A DNA stretch of 36,955 nucleotides from an uncultured Collinsella sp. (GCA_958431945.1 CAUASQ010000001.1:1-36955), one strand, 5' to 3'. Numbered from the stretch's first letter, positions 1 to 8,781 are shown. The notes: generated by a model not told the origin, from the letters alone. A program made the numbers and translations.

Positions 1-478
1 TGCCGACGGCGGCCTGCCAGCCGACGTTGGAGACGTGGGCCTCGACGGATATGGCGTCGGCGCCGAGGGGCTCGCCGGTCGAGGCGTCGGACAGGACGAG
101 GCGCAGCGCCTCGAGGGGGAGCCCCCTGCCGGTCGTGCCGGCGACCTCGCCGCCGGCGACGGCGCCCATCCAGCCGATATTGGAGACGTGGGCCGAGTAT
201 GAGAGCGAGACGGGCGCGGCCGCCTCGGACCGGGCGGGCTCCGCCTGGGCGCCGTCGGCCTGCGAGGCCTCGGGCTGGGAGGCGTCGGCCTGCGCGGGCT
301 GGGCGGCGTCGGCCTGGGCGGCGGGACCCCCGTCGGCGGGCTGGGCCCCGGCGGCCGGGGCCTGCGCGTCGCCCGGGGCGGCGGGGGCGGCGTAGGCCGC
401 GGGCCCGCACAGGGCCAGGGCGGCCGCGACCGCCAGCGCGGCGGCGGCACCGGAAATTCGTTTCGTGGAGCGTCTCAT
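1..478 (-). CDS. 5' part of a second ChW-repeat secreted protein gene (runs off the window edge)
   Basis: 1..540 reads identical to 3223..3762 (offset 3222). ATG at 478 (MRRSTKRISG...) follows an AGGGGG RBS. Confidence 0.85.
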   Translation of the reverse strand, partial: MRRSTKRISGAAAALAVAAALALCGPAAYAAPAAPGDAQAPAAGAQPADGGPAAQADAAQPAQADASQPEASQADGAQAEPARSEAAAPVSLSYSAHVSNIGWMGAVAGGEVAGTTGRGLPLEALRLVLSDASTGEPLGADAISVEAHVSNVGWQAAVG

Positions 479-484
479 GGAAAA

Positions 485-530
485 TCCCCCTAATCTAGCA
501 ACGGTTTCCAAGTCTACTAGATTGGGGGGA
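485..530 (-). promoter_or_regulatory. 5'-UTR hairpin covering the Shine-Dalgarno sequence of the ChW gene (copy 1)
   Basis: mRNA sense: TCCCCCCAATCTAG-N18-CTAGATTAGGGGGA-TTTTCC-ATG, a 14-bp stem with one mismatch. Confidence 0.55.
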
Positions 531-565
531 CGGGAGCCAAGCCGAAGAGGCTATTTAACCAGCAG

Positions 566-3500
566 CTATTTAATCAGACAAACGTGCTGGTTAATTTCAG
601 CCGGGTTCGAATAGTTATAAATGGACGAGATCTGATTAGCGGGCGACGAAGAGTGCCACATCTTATTGTCCCGAGGATTGTCACCCCAGAAAAATCCGAT
701 ATGACAATCGACGTTAGGAGCAGTCTTGAAGAAAATGACATCGCCCTTTCTTGCCAACCCACTATTCAGTAGATCCTGCACTTTGTTGAACTCATAAACC
801 TTTGAACCGGAATCGATCGCATAGCCGTAAAAACGCCACGCGTTGATATAACCACCTCCACCGGGGCCTCCGGCCCAAGGCGAATGGCTGTTATTTGCAG
901 CAACTGCCGCGAGATTACCGCCGCACTTCGACCACGCATGAGCGACAAAGCCAGTGCAGTTCATACCAGAATATCCATCCCAGCGTCTCTCCCCGTTGGG
1001 ATAGGTGCAAGTAGGAATAGAGAATCCAGTGGAATATGGAGTCCCGAGGTAGTAACCGTCATATTGATGCTGGGTAAGCCAAGTAACGAGCCTAATCCGC
1101 GGAACGCCAATCACCTTCTCGTCGGCTACATCCCTGTACGCGCCGTCCGTCGGGCCCGGGGCCGCCGAGCCCTTCGCGAGGACGCGGACCTGGAGCGCCT
1201 CTACGCGGTAGCCGATGCCGGTCGTGCCGGCGCGGGCCCCGTCGCTGGCCCAGCCGAGCCAGCCGTAGTCCTGCACGTAGGCGCGGTACCACACGTCGTA
1301 GTACTCGGAGAGGTCGCCGGTCAGGCGCATCTTCACGCACTCGACCGCCCTGCCCTGGCCGGTGGTGCCCGCCACGGCGCCGCCCGAGACCTCGTCCTGC
1401 CAGCCGACGCCGGAGACGTGGGCGCTGTAGGACAGGCCGCCGGAGACCGGCGAGGAGACCTCGGCGGCGATCGCCTCGACGGCGCGGGACTGGCCGGTCG
1501 TGCCGGCGGTGCCGCCGTTGCCGACGGCGGGCTGCCAGCCGACGCCGGAGACGTGGGCCCTGAGGCTGAGCGAGGGGACGGAGAGCTCGGCGGGGTCGCC
1601 CGTCGAGGGGGCGTCGCCGCCCTTCTCGACGAGGACGGCCTGGAGGGCCTCTGCCTGGACGCCGAGCCCCTCGGTGCCCGCGGCCTCGCCGTCCTTGGCC
1701 CAGCCGAGCCAGCCGTAGCCGGCCGCGTGGACGCGGTACCACACGTCGTAGCGCTCGGAGACGGGGCCGGAGAGGGACACCCTCACGGCCTGGACGGCGC
1801 GGCCCTGCCCCACCGTGCCGGCGTAGGAGGGGGCGGAGGCGGCGTCCTGCCAGCCGATGCCGGCCACGTGGGCCGCGACGGAGACGGAGCTCCCCTCGCC
1901 CGCCCCCTCGAGGGAGGCGCGCACGGCCTGGAGCGCGAGGCCCCTGCCGGTCGTGCCGACGTCCTCGCCGCCGCCCACCGCGGGCAGCCAGCCGCGCTCG
2001 GCGACATGGCCCTGCAGGACGAGCGACGGGCCGGAGGCGGCGCCGGAGACGTAGGCCCCCTCGGCCGGGCCGGGGGCGCCGGAGCCCTTCGCGACGAGGG
2101 CGACCTGAACGGCGGTGAGGCCCGAGGCGCCGGACTCGACGCCGGAGGGCTCGCCGGCGCTCGCCCAGCCGAGCCAGCCGCGCGCGGAGTCACAGGAGCG
2201 GTACCAGACGTCGTAGCGCTCCGCGAGGCCGCCGGACAGCTCGAAGCGGACGGCCTTGAGCTGGAGCCCGCCGCCCGAGGCGCCGAGCTGCGCCCCGTCG
2301 GAGCTGGTCTCCCCCTGCCAGCCGGAGCCCAGCAGCAGGCCGCGGTAGCAGACCGACCCGTCGGACTCGAGGTTGTCGACGGTCGCGGCGACGGAGCCCA
2401 GCACGGGCCCCCTCTCGGAGCCGAGCGTCAGGACCCCGCCCGAGAACGACGAGCCCGCCGGCGAGCCGGCGACGGAGATGGACGACCCGGACAGGCGCTC
2501 GCCGGCGCCGCGGAAGGCCCCGCCGGCCGGCCCCGGCGCGGCGCCGCCCTTGGGGACGAGCACGACCTGGACGGCCTGGACGGCCTTCGACAGGCCAACC
2601 GTGCCCGCGGACGCGCCGTCCTTGGCCCAGCCGAGCCAGCCGTAGTCGGAGCAGTGCACGCGGTACCAGACGTCGTAGGACGAGGCGGCCTCGCCGGAGA
2701 GCCTGAACTGGAGCGCCTCGACCGCTAGGGAGCGCCCGGTGGTGCCGGCGGTCCCCGAGGTCCAGCCCTGCCAGCCGACGTTCGAGACGTGGGCCCTCAC
2801 CTCGTGGGAGGAGGATCCGTGCCCGTACCCGGAGACGGAGCCCGAGAGGGCCTCGAGGGCGCGGCCCTGCCCGGTGGTGCCGGCGACGGCGCCGTCCGAG
2901 ACGGAGCCCTGCCAGCCGATGCCGGCGACGTGGGCGCGGTAGGAGACGGAGGGGGGCTCGGAGGACCTGTCGACGAACGGGGTGGCGGTGTCGCCCGGGG
3001 CGGGGTCGCCCTTGGGCAGGACCGCGACCTGGACGGCCTGGACGGCGCGGCCGTAGCCCGCCGAGCCGGCGTCGGCGCCGTCGCACGCCCAGCCCAGCCA
3101 GCCGAACTCGGCGGAGTGGACGCGGTACCAGACGGTGTAGCGGGCCGACAGCTCCCCGGACAGCCTGACCCTCAGGGCCTCGACGGCGCGGGACTGGCCG
3201 GTCGTGCCGGCGGTGCCGCCGTTGCCGACGGCGGCCTGCCAGCCGACGTTGGAGACGTGGGCCTCGACGGATATGGCGTCGGCGCCGAGGGGCTCGCCGG
3301 TCGAGGCGTCGGACAGGACGAGGCGCAGCGCCTCGAGGGGGAGCCCCCTGCCGGTCGTGCCGGCGACCTCGCCGCCGGCGACGGCGCCCATCCAGCCGAT
3401 ATTGGAGACGTGGGCCGAGTATGAGAGCGAGACGGGCGCGGCCGCCTCGGACCGGGCGGGCTCCGCCTGGGCGCCGTCGGCCTGCGAGGCCTCGGGCTGG

Positions 3501-3700
3501 GAGGCGTCGGCCTGCGCGGGCTGGGCGGCGTCGGCCTGGGCGGCGGGACCCCCGTCGGCGGGCTGGGCCCCGGCGGCCGGGGCCTGCGCGTCGCCCGGGG
3601 CGGCGGGGGCGGCGTAGGCCGCGGGCCCGCACAGGGCCAGGGCGGCCGCGACCGCCAGCGCGGCGGCGGCACCGGAAATTCGTTTCGTGGAGCGTCTCAT
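566..3700 (-). CDS. Secreted protein with clostridial hydrophobic-W (ChW) repeats and a C-terminal NlpC/P60-like (CHAP-type) cysteine hydrolase domain; putative cell-wall hydrolase
   Basis: Signal peptide (MRRSTKR + Ala/Leu stretch). Many YxAHVxxxGW / AGTTGxxxxxEA / VWYRVHxxxxGWLGWA repeats. C-terminal GMNCTGFV...CHIGFFWG...MWHSS motifs. Start moved to ATG 3700 on the basis of the RBS. Confidence 0.85.
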   Translation of the reverse strand: MRRSTKRISGAAAALAVAAALALCGPAAYAAPAAPGDAQAPAAGAQPADGGPAAQADAAQPAQADASQPEASQADGAQAEPARSEAAAPVSLSYSAHVSNIGWMGAVAGGEVAGTTGRGLPLEALRLVLSDASTGEPLGADAISVEAHVSNVGWQAAVGNGGTAGTTGQSRAVEALRVRLSGELSARYTVWYRVHSAEFGWLGWACDGADAGSAGYGRAVQAVQVAVLPKGDPAPGDTATPFVDRSSEPPSVSYRAHVAGIGWQGSVSDGAVAGTTGQGRALEALSGSVSGYGHGSSSHEVRAHVSNVGWQGWTSGTAGTTGRSLAVEALQFRLSGEAASSYDVWYRVHCSDYGWLGWAKDGASAGTVGLSKAVQAVQVVLVPKGGAAPGPAGGAFRGAGERLSGSSISVAGSPAGSSFSGGVLTLGSERGPVLGSVAATVDNLESDGSVCYRGLLLGSGWQGETSSDGAQLGASGGGLQLKAVRFELSGGLAERYDVWYRSCDSARGWLGWASAGEPSGVESGASGLTAVQVALVAKGSGAPGPAEGAYVSGAASGPSLVLQGHVAERGWLPAVGGGEDVGTTGRGLALQAVRASLEGAGEGSSVSVAAHVAGIGWQDAASAPSYAGTVGQGRAVQAVRVSLSGPVSERYDVWYRVHAAGYGWLGWAKDGEAAGTEGLGVQAEALQAVLVEKGGDAPSTGDPAELSVPSLSLRAHVSGVGWQPAVGNGGTAGTTGQSRAVEAIAAEVSSPVSGGLSYSAHVSGVGWQDEVSGGAVAGTTGQGRAVECVKMRLTGDLSEYYDVWYRAYVQDYGWLGWASDGARAGTTGIGYRVEALQVRVLAKGSAAPGPTDGAYRDVADEKVIGVPRIRLVTWLTQHQYDGYYLGTPYSTGFSIPTCTYPNGERRWDGYSGMNCTGFVAHAWSKCGGNLAAVAANNSHSPWAGGPGGGGYINAWRFYGYAIDSGSKVYEFNKVQDLLNSGLARKGDVIFFKTAPNVDCHIGFFWGDNPRDNKMWHSSSPANQISSIYNYSNPAEINQHVCLIK

Positions 3701-3762
3701 GGAAAATCCCCCTAATCTAGCAACGGTTTCCAAGTCTACTAGATTGGGGGGACGGGAGCCAA
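3223..3762. repeat. Direct repeat, copy of 1..540
   Basis: Same sequence as 1..540. Confidence 0.95.
3707..3752 (-). promoter_or_regulatory. 5'-UTR hairpin covering the Shine-Dalgarno sequence of the ChW gene (copy 2)
   Basis: Identical to 485..530. Confidence 0.55.
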
Positions 3763-3789
3763 AGCATGATGGGCCGAACGGTTAGCCAC

Positions 3790-4030
3790 AAGTTCACCTT
3801 CGGCGCCAATGGCCTCATCCGTATAACCATTGAGTTCCAGATGACCGACATCGATCCACACCCAGCCAACGCCCGAAACACCTGGCTCGCAGCACGCAAC
3901 GTTGCCTATAAACATGCTCTCCGTGTCCGCGGTATAAGAAGGCCCGCCCTGCAAAACGCACGGACAGGGCATAGCAACAGGCAACTCGGCGCAAATCGTT
4001 TGAGCAGGCGGCGCGCGGAAGGAGCGTATA
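3790..4030 (-). pseudogene. Degraded 5' fragment of an unknown gene, homologous to ~8355..8760
   Basis: CVLQGGPSYTADTESMFIGNV...WIDVGHLELNGYTDEAIGAEG aligns with CVLLHGPSYAVSAESLFIDKV.../WTDADHLELDSFAVEAFGARG. The upstream aaatcgttt...gcgg...gtat block is also shared. Confidence 0.5.
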
Positions 4031-4225
4031 AGGCGGTTTTCTGCTGGCTGTCAGCCGCGGCATCCTCACGGAAACCTAGTTGTCGCCGGAATTATAGTCC
4101 CCGGCGCGGACTCACCTTATCTCCCCTGTGCGGGCTCGATATCCTCTCGGATATCTAATCGTCTTGGACTTTAACCTGCCCAAGCACAGTACGGCTTTTA
4201 CGTGCCGCCACACGGAGCTTAGCTC
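4031..4225 (-). ncRNA. Putative structured ncRNA, orphan copy (no terminator or PBECR4 gene downstream)
   Basis: Near-identical to 9438..9633 (4 substitutions and 1 indel by eye). Contains several hairpins and has its own sigma70-like promoter. Confidence 0.65.
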
Positions 4226-4232
4226 GTGGACT

Positions 4233-4261
4233 ATTTTCTAAAATATAGACCTTCAAAGCAA
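4233..4261 (-). promoter_or_regulatory. sigma70-type promoter for ncRNA copy 1
   Basis: TTGCTT (4256-4261), 17-nt spacer, GAAAAT (4233-4238), then 7 nt to the start of the conserved RNA. Same layout as at 9640-9668. Confidence 0.6.
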
Positions 4262-4420
4262 CTTGGGTTCAAGCACGGACAAACAAAACAGGCACTGAAT
4301 ACACGACTTGTTTATCAATAGCTATCAATCAAATGCGTTACCAGCAAATATCGTCTGTCTCATACGCTGCGATACAATCAATCTCACCAAATGCTTAACC
4401 AGTAAGTCGAAGGGACCAAC

Positions 4421-4870
4421 GTGCTAACAATTCACTATGGTGATATGGAAAACGTTATCTATAATACGTCGGTTTACTTCGATAACATCTATTCGCCCGA
4501 ATGGTTTCAAGATGCTTTTGCGCAGAGAATTATTAAATCCATTGATAAGGGCGGCGTGGTTGGACCCGGCGCAATAAACACCAAGATCCTTGGCATTATC
4601 CCACCGGAAAGGCTATCGGGCGGAACTAAGACGCTGCTGCTCATGTACTTCATGCCTCAGAACATATACAACGCCACAACCTGTAGCGACAATTGCGCTT
4701 ACTGGATTCTGAGAATCGCCGCACAGCATGATCTGACAATCAACCTCTACCATCTGATGGATTTTGGTAACGGCAAGTTCACGGCAACCGTTGCAAACAC
4801 GGGTGACGTCGTTCACACGATGTTCGACCTTGTCCCTATAGCCGCAAAATGCCTAAGGGAGAACTACTGA
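4421..4870 (+). CDS. DUF4869-family protein (copy without the ATPase-TOPRIM partner)
   Basis: GTG start with GAAGGG RBS and a -10-like TACAAT at 4373. About 130/149 aa identical to 9807..10256. Contains PERLSGGTKTLLLM. Confidence 0.8.
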   Translation: MLTIHYGDMENVIYNTSVYFDNIYSPEWFQDAFAQRIIKSIDKGGVVGPGAINTKILGIIPPERLSGGTKTLLLMYFMPQNIYNATTCSDNCAYWILRIAAQHDLTINLYHLMDFGNGKFTATVANTGDVVHTMFDLVPIAAKCLRENY

Positions 4871-5042
4871 CACACCATTCGAAATCTAACAGTTTAGATA
4901 ACAGGTAATTACCGGGGGCCCTGCGGTCCCCAAATGCTATGCCCTTCCCAGCCAAACAGAGAATTTGCCCGAGCGCCCACCCGGATCTTTGTTTGGCGAC
5001 AATCCTTCCATGTGGGCGTTCAGGCGGATGGGACAGATCCAT

Positions 5043-5220
5043 ATGGGAAGAGCGAACCCCTTCAGGGCGCTCGTGACGGGCCTCACCGCCGACGAGTTCC
5101 TGCTGCTCAGAGAAGCCGTCGACGAGAGGCGCTGCAGCGATGAGGTCGGCGCCGGCACGCTCGCCGAGGCCGCGAGGCCTATCGGCAGGACCCGAAGTGC
5201 CCGGGTTGCGGCGCCCGCAG
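5043..5220 (+). mobile_element. Frameshifted N-terminal remnant of a probable IS1595-family transposase
   Basis: MGRANPFRALV...TLAEAA continues after a frameshift as AYRQDPKCPGCG (Zn-ribbon start). High-GC patch within the lower-GC region. Confidence 0.45.
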
Positions 5221-5234
5221 CGCTTGGAGGGACG

Positions 5235-5530
5235 GCTCAGGAAGCTGCTGCCGAAGGGCCGGGAGCTCAGGTTCGACCGGCTCGCGCCGGCCGACCTCGC
5301 GCTCGCGATGTCGCACGTGGATAGGCGCGGGAGGGGCCGTTCGACTGAGCCTGGGAAGCGGAGCCGAGGGGCTGGCGAAGCACGGCCCCGGACCCGTCGA
5401 AACACATCCCCACCGTTCCTTCAACTGGGGAAGCGACGGCCCGGGGCCGCCTCGCACGGTCCAGGGCCGTTCGGCTAGGTGCGGAAACGCGCTATCCGTT
5501 CAAAGTGCTCGCTGGGGCTGAAAATCAACC
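5235..5530 (+). mobile_element. C-terminal remnant of a probable IS30-family transposase with a possible right end
   Basis: LRKLLPKGRELRFDRLAPADLALAMSHV resembles the IS30 LRxxLPKGxxF...SH-N motif. The GC-rich tract ends at ...tgaaaatcaacc. Confidence 0.5.
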
Positions 5531-5994
5531 TACAAAAACAAAGGCATTTGCGTATTCCGACCGAGAGAAAACGCGTCCACGTGTCATCTCATAGTCCGCG
5601 TAGGCACTTCCCTGTAGGCTTTTCTCTGTATGACGTTTATGAACGTTTCAGGCACCGCATGGTCCCGCGCTTAGTCTTTCCCTTAAATAAGCACTTCGAG
5701 TATAGCAAGAGATTTGCCAGCCTTCTTGCATGCTACTGGCAACACAGCTGTAGCGGATGTGATTTGCCCCCGGTTAACACCCTATTTCAACCTGCGATAG
5801 ATCATTCTGCCCCGAGACGTCTCGAGGCTGTTGACCATGCAGAGGGTTCCGAGGAAACCGTCAATTTATGGAACATATTATTTGTTATCCGCTAATAGTT
5901 GTACGAAATGCTGTATGCGTCTATACCAAATGGTAGACAAGTATTCGTTATAATTGAATCAAATTAATAGCTTTGGCAATTATAGGAGTTCGTT

Positions 5995-6501
5995 ATGCTG
6001 GAGTACATTGAAGATGCACGCAGAGCACTAAAAGCTAAAGCTTATTATTCAGCTCTATGTTTTTCTCTCACGCTGCCAGACGTCTGCGCTCAAGTCGAGT
6101 ATCCAAACGAAAAAACAGTAAGAGTTCGGTACAGCCGTTGGATCAACCAATTTGTTGACACTTCAGCTTTTATTCATGACCAAAGTATGCTAAACGGAAA
6201 TGATTTCGGAAAGTTCATCTATAAATTACGTTGCTCAATTGTTCACAGCGGCAATTTGGATCTCAATTTGAAATCTGGGCACGAAGTCAACTTCCAGCTA
6301 ATAAATCCAGACTTTGGAGACGGAAGGCCTTTAGCGATTAATATAGACGCTGACAATCCAATTATCGAATTACCCATTTGCGACCTAATCACTGAGCTAC
6401 TTGATAGCGTTGAAGACTACTATTCCTCGCAAAATGATAAGACGCAATTTGCAAAACACTTTGTTAACCTAATAGATCCATTAATTATTGTAAAAGACTA
6501 G
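5995..6501 (+). CDS. HEPN-like domain protein (putative RNase)
   Basis: AGGAG RBS and TATAAT at 5949-5954. YYSALxxSLTLPDVC N-terminal motif and an Rx4H motif (LRCSIVHSG). Low GC. Confidence 0.7.
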   Translation: MLEYIEDARRALKAKAYYSALCFSLTLPDVCAQVEYPNEKTVRVRYSRWINQFVDTSAFIHDQSMLNGNDFGKFIYKLRCSIVHSGNLDLNLKSGHEVNFQLINPDFGDGRPLAINIDADNPIIELPICDLITELLDSVEDYYSSQNDKTQFAKHFVNLIDPLIIVKD

Positions 6502-6608
6502 CCCGAAGGGCTAACGACTCGTCACCGTTACAGGCTCGTTAGCCCCCCCTATTTCTCAATGTCTTTCATATCAACAGACGGCCAACTCCCGAAGGACATT
6601 TCAGCAAT

Positions 6609-6807
6609 CTAAAGCGCAAAGTACTCGCTTTCTGAGCTGAGGTTTGAGTTAAGCCATGGATCCTTGCCAACAAAGTACTCGGGCCAGCGTTGCATTAAGA
6701 GAGCCGGCTCGCACTTCCAGCGGCGCAGCTTTTCCTCATTGGCCTCTTCCCTGCCGCGCGAGGTGAACTCGTAGTGATACATCTCGGCATAGGGCGTAAA
6801 GATGGTG
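6609..6807 (-). pseudogene. Duplicated 3' end of the GT2 gene 11230..13716 (copy C)
   Basis: TIFTPYAEMYHYEFTSRGREEANEEKLRRWK...SEYFAL* is colinear with 11230..11428. Confidence 0.9.
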
Positions 6808-6825
6808 ACGTCGTCCTCTCTCGAC

Positions 6826-7928
6826 CTAGAACCGTTCGAGAATCTCCTCGGCATTCTCTCGCAGATAGATATCTAGGTCCTGCACGGCAAACTGCACATA
6901 GCCTCTCTGTGGCGCCTGAATAACCTCTCTTTGTAGCAATTTTGCCCTAATAGAGCTGACCTCATTAGTCTTTTTACCCATGCGCCTAGCAATCTCGGAT
7001 GATTTGGACTGTTGTTTGTCCTCGCACATCGCCAAAAGGTATTTGATATCGTTAGGCCCCAGTCCAGAAATCGCGGGCTCGTGAACAACATCGTGAAAAC
7101 GAGCCTCTGCCAGCGCAATGCCTTCGGCAACATCGCGCTCGCTCACAATGGCACTTTTGGCACGATGCAAGTTGGCGCGCTGCCAAATGGAATATCCGAC
7201 CAGTTGCACCAGATAGGCATAGCCCTTAGTGGCCTTAGCGGCTCTCGACAGAAGATTGTCCTCTATGGTCAAACCAGTCGCGACAAAGCTATCGCCCATA
7301 GAGAGCGCTACCTCCACCTGGTTGATAGGCGCCAGATCTTCGGGGAGGGCACGACGCAAGAACGTAAGCGCCTTGCCGTTAATAAGATCCATAACGCCGG
7401 CGGGCAAGCCGGCAAAGGCAAGTGCGATATCTACTTTTCCCCTATCAAAAGCTGAACCGTAGACGCAATGGCACGCATATCGTCAATCGGAGCGTCCTGA
7501 ACTTCATCGATGGCAATAAAAAGACCCTCGGATGACTTCGCCGCCGAACTTAGCAACTTTCTAAGGCTCGACTCTTTGGGTGCAACATCGACTTTCGCAG
7601 AAACAAAGCCGGCGTTTACACCGACCGAAGCATTGGCCGCAAGGGAAGAATCAGCAACATGATCCTTCAAGTCCAGCAATAGGTTAGGGCCAGCAGAAAC
7701 AATAGCGGTCTTCCATCCAAGCTCTCGCGCACGATCCCTAAGATCGCAGAGCAAAACAGTTTTTCCGGAGCCCCTCGGTCCAGCAATACGCATGAGCCTC
7801 GCAGGTGCACCAATTCCCGCATTCAAACTCTCGGTAAACTCAAGGGCGATATCATCGCGACCAATTATGTGCGGAGGCTCAGCGCCGGCAGTGGGACGAA
7901 ACGGATTATGGAATGCTGTGGCGCTCAC
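6826..7928 (-). pseudogene. AAA+ ATPase with C-terminal winged-helix domain, split by a 1-nt frameshift at ~7435
   Basis: NPF...GR, Walker A GPRGSGKT and Walker B IAIDE lie in 7431..7928. The reading resumes in the -1 frame as KVDIALAFAGLP... into 6826..7407, which holds the wHTH (SSEIARRMGKK...RAKLL...RGYV). Confidence 0.8.
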
Positions 7929-7978
7929 TTGTTTGCCTTTCTAGGGAATCGATTAATGGTCAATCTTAGCTTTAAAAG

Positions 7979-8030
7979 TTTATCGTAGACTATATCGAAT
8001 TATATCCAGTTGTATAAGTCTGTATAAACG
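7979..8030. repeat. 10-bp periodic repeats upstream of the AAA-wHTH gene
   Basis: tatatcgaat / tatatccagt / tgtataagtc / tgtataaacg at 7991, 8001, 8011 and 8021, plus tttatcgtag at 7979. Confidence 0.5.
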
Positions 8031-8139
8031 TATCGCGGAAGTATCGAGCCATCGTGATGCATTGCAGCAAATCGCCTAGACGCTGCTTTCCTCTCAGCTC
8101 ATATCGAAAGTAAGTTGAGGACTTCCTAAAATCCATTTT

Positions 8140-8354
8140 CTAAAGCGAGAAGTACTCGCTCTCAGCGGATAAGTTCGGCCCCAACCACGGATCGCCCGTC
8201 AAGAAGAACTCCGGCCAGCGCTGAATGAACAGTGCCTGTTCACGTTTCCAGCGGCGCAGCTTTTCCTCGTTGGCCTCTTCCCTGCCGCGTGAGGTGAACT
8301 CGTAGTGGTACAGCTCGGCATAGGGCGTAAAGATGGTGCGGAAGCCCGCCTCCC
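8140..8354 (-). pseudogene. Duplicated 3' end of the GT2 gene 11230..13716 (copy B)
   Basis: AGFRTIFTPYAELYHYEFTSRGREEANEEKLRRWKREQALFIQRWPEFFLTGDPWLGPNLSAESEYFSL* is colinear with 11230..11444 (offset 3090). Confidence 0.9.
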
Positions 8355-8760
8355 CCTGGCGCCAAATGCCTCGACCGCGAAGCTGTCCAATTCAAGATGG
8401 TCGGCATCGGTCCAGGCTCGGAAGCCTCTGAGACGCCCGACTCGTAGTACGTGACCTTGTCTATAAACAGGCTTTCCGCACTCACAGCATAAGAAGGCCC
8501 GTGCAACAAAACACAAAGGTAGGCCAGAGCAACAAGCAGGATGCAACGGCGATGATGGCCCAACAAGACAACAGGCATGAGTGCGCCGATCTACACGGCA
8601 AGCCAATAAACAGGGTTGGGAAATGCCTGGTGGCAGTGCTCATCAGCGTATTAAGATCAAATCCTAGCCCAGACTCATAACAGATCGAATCCCTGCAACA
8701 GCGGGAAAAGTCGACGTAAATCGTTTAAGTATGCGGCAAGCGGAGAGAGTGTATGGGCGC
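8355..8760 (-). pseudogene. Frameshifted 5' fragment of an unknown, possibly exported, protein gene; homologous to ~3790..4030
   Basis: Hydrophobic CILLVALAYLCVLL followed by HGPSYAVSAESLFIDKV. Fused directly to GT 3'-end copy B. Confidence 0.5.
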
Positions 8761-8781
8761 TCGCACGCGTCTTTGAATCTT

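Larger units (their letters stand above)
1..540. repeat. Direct repeat, copy of 3223..3762
   Basis: No difference seen by eye. The ORF track gives identical shadow ORFs at 199..498 and 3421..3720. Identity ends after ...gggagccaa. Confidence 0.95.

Noticed and set aside
27..3720. Many long alternative-frame ORFs over the ChW gene (e.g. 884..2728 +, 2190..3632 -)
   Set aside because: Shadow ORFs caused by extreme GC content; Arg/Pro/Gly-rich with no motifs.
3766..4158. 130-aa + strand ORF
   Set aside because: Overlaps the pseudogene fragment and the putative RNA. It is not preserved at the second RNA copy and has no recognisable motif.
5479..5895. 138-aa + strand ORF
   Set aside because: Begins in IS debris, has no clear RBS or motif, and has atypical composition.
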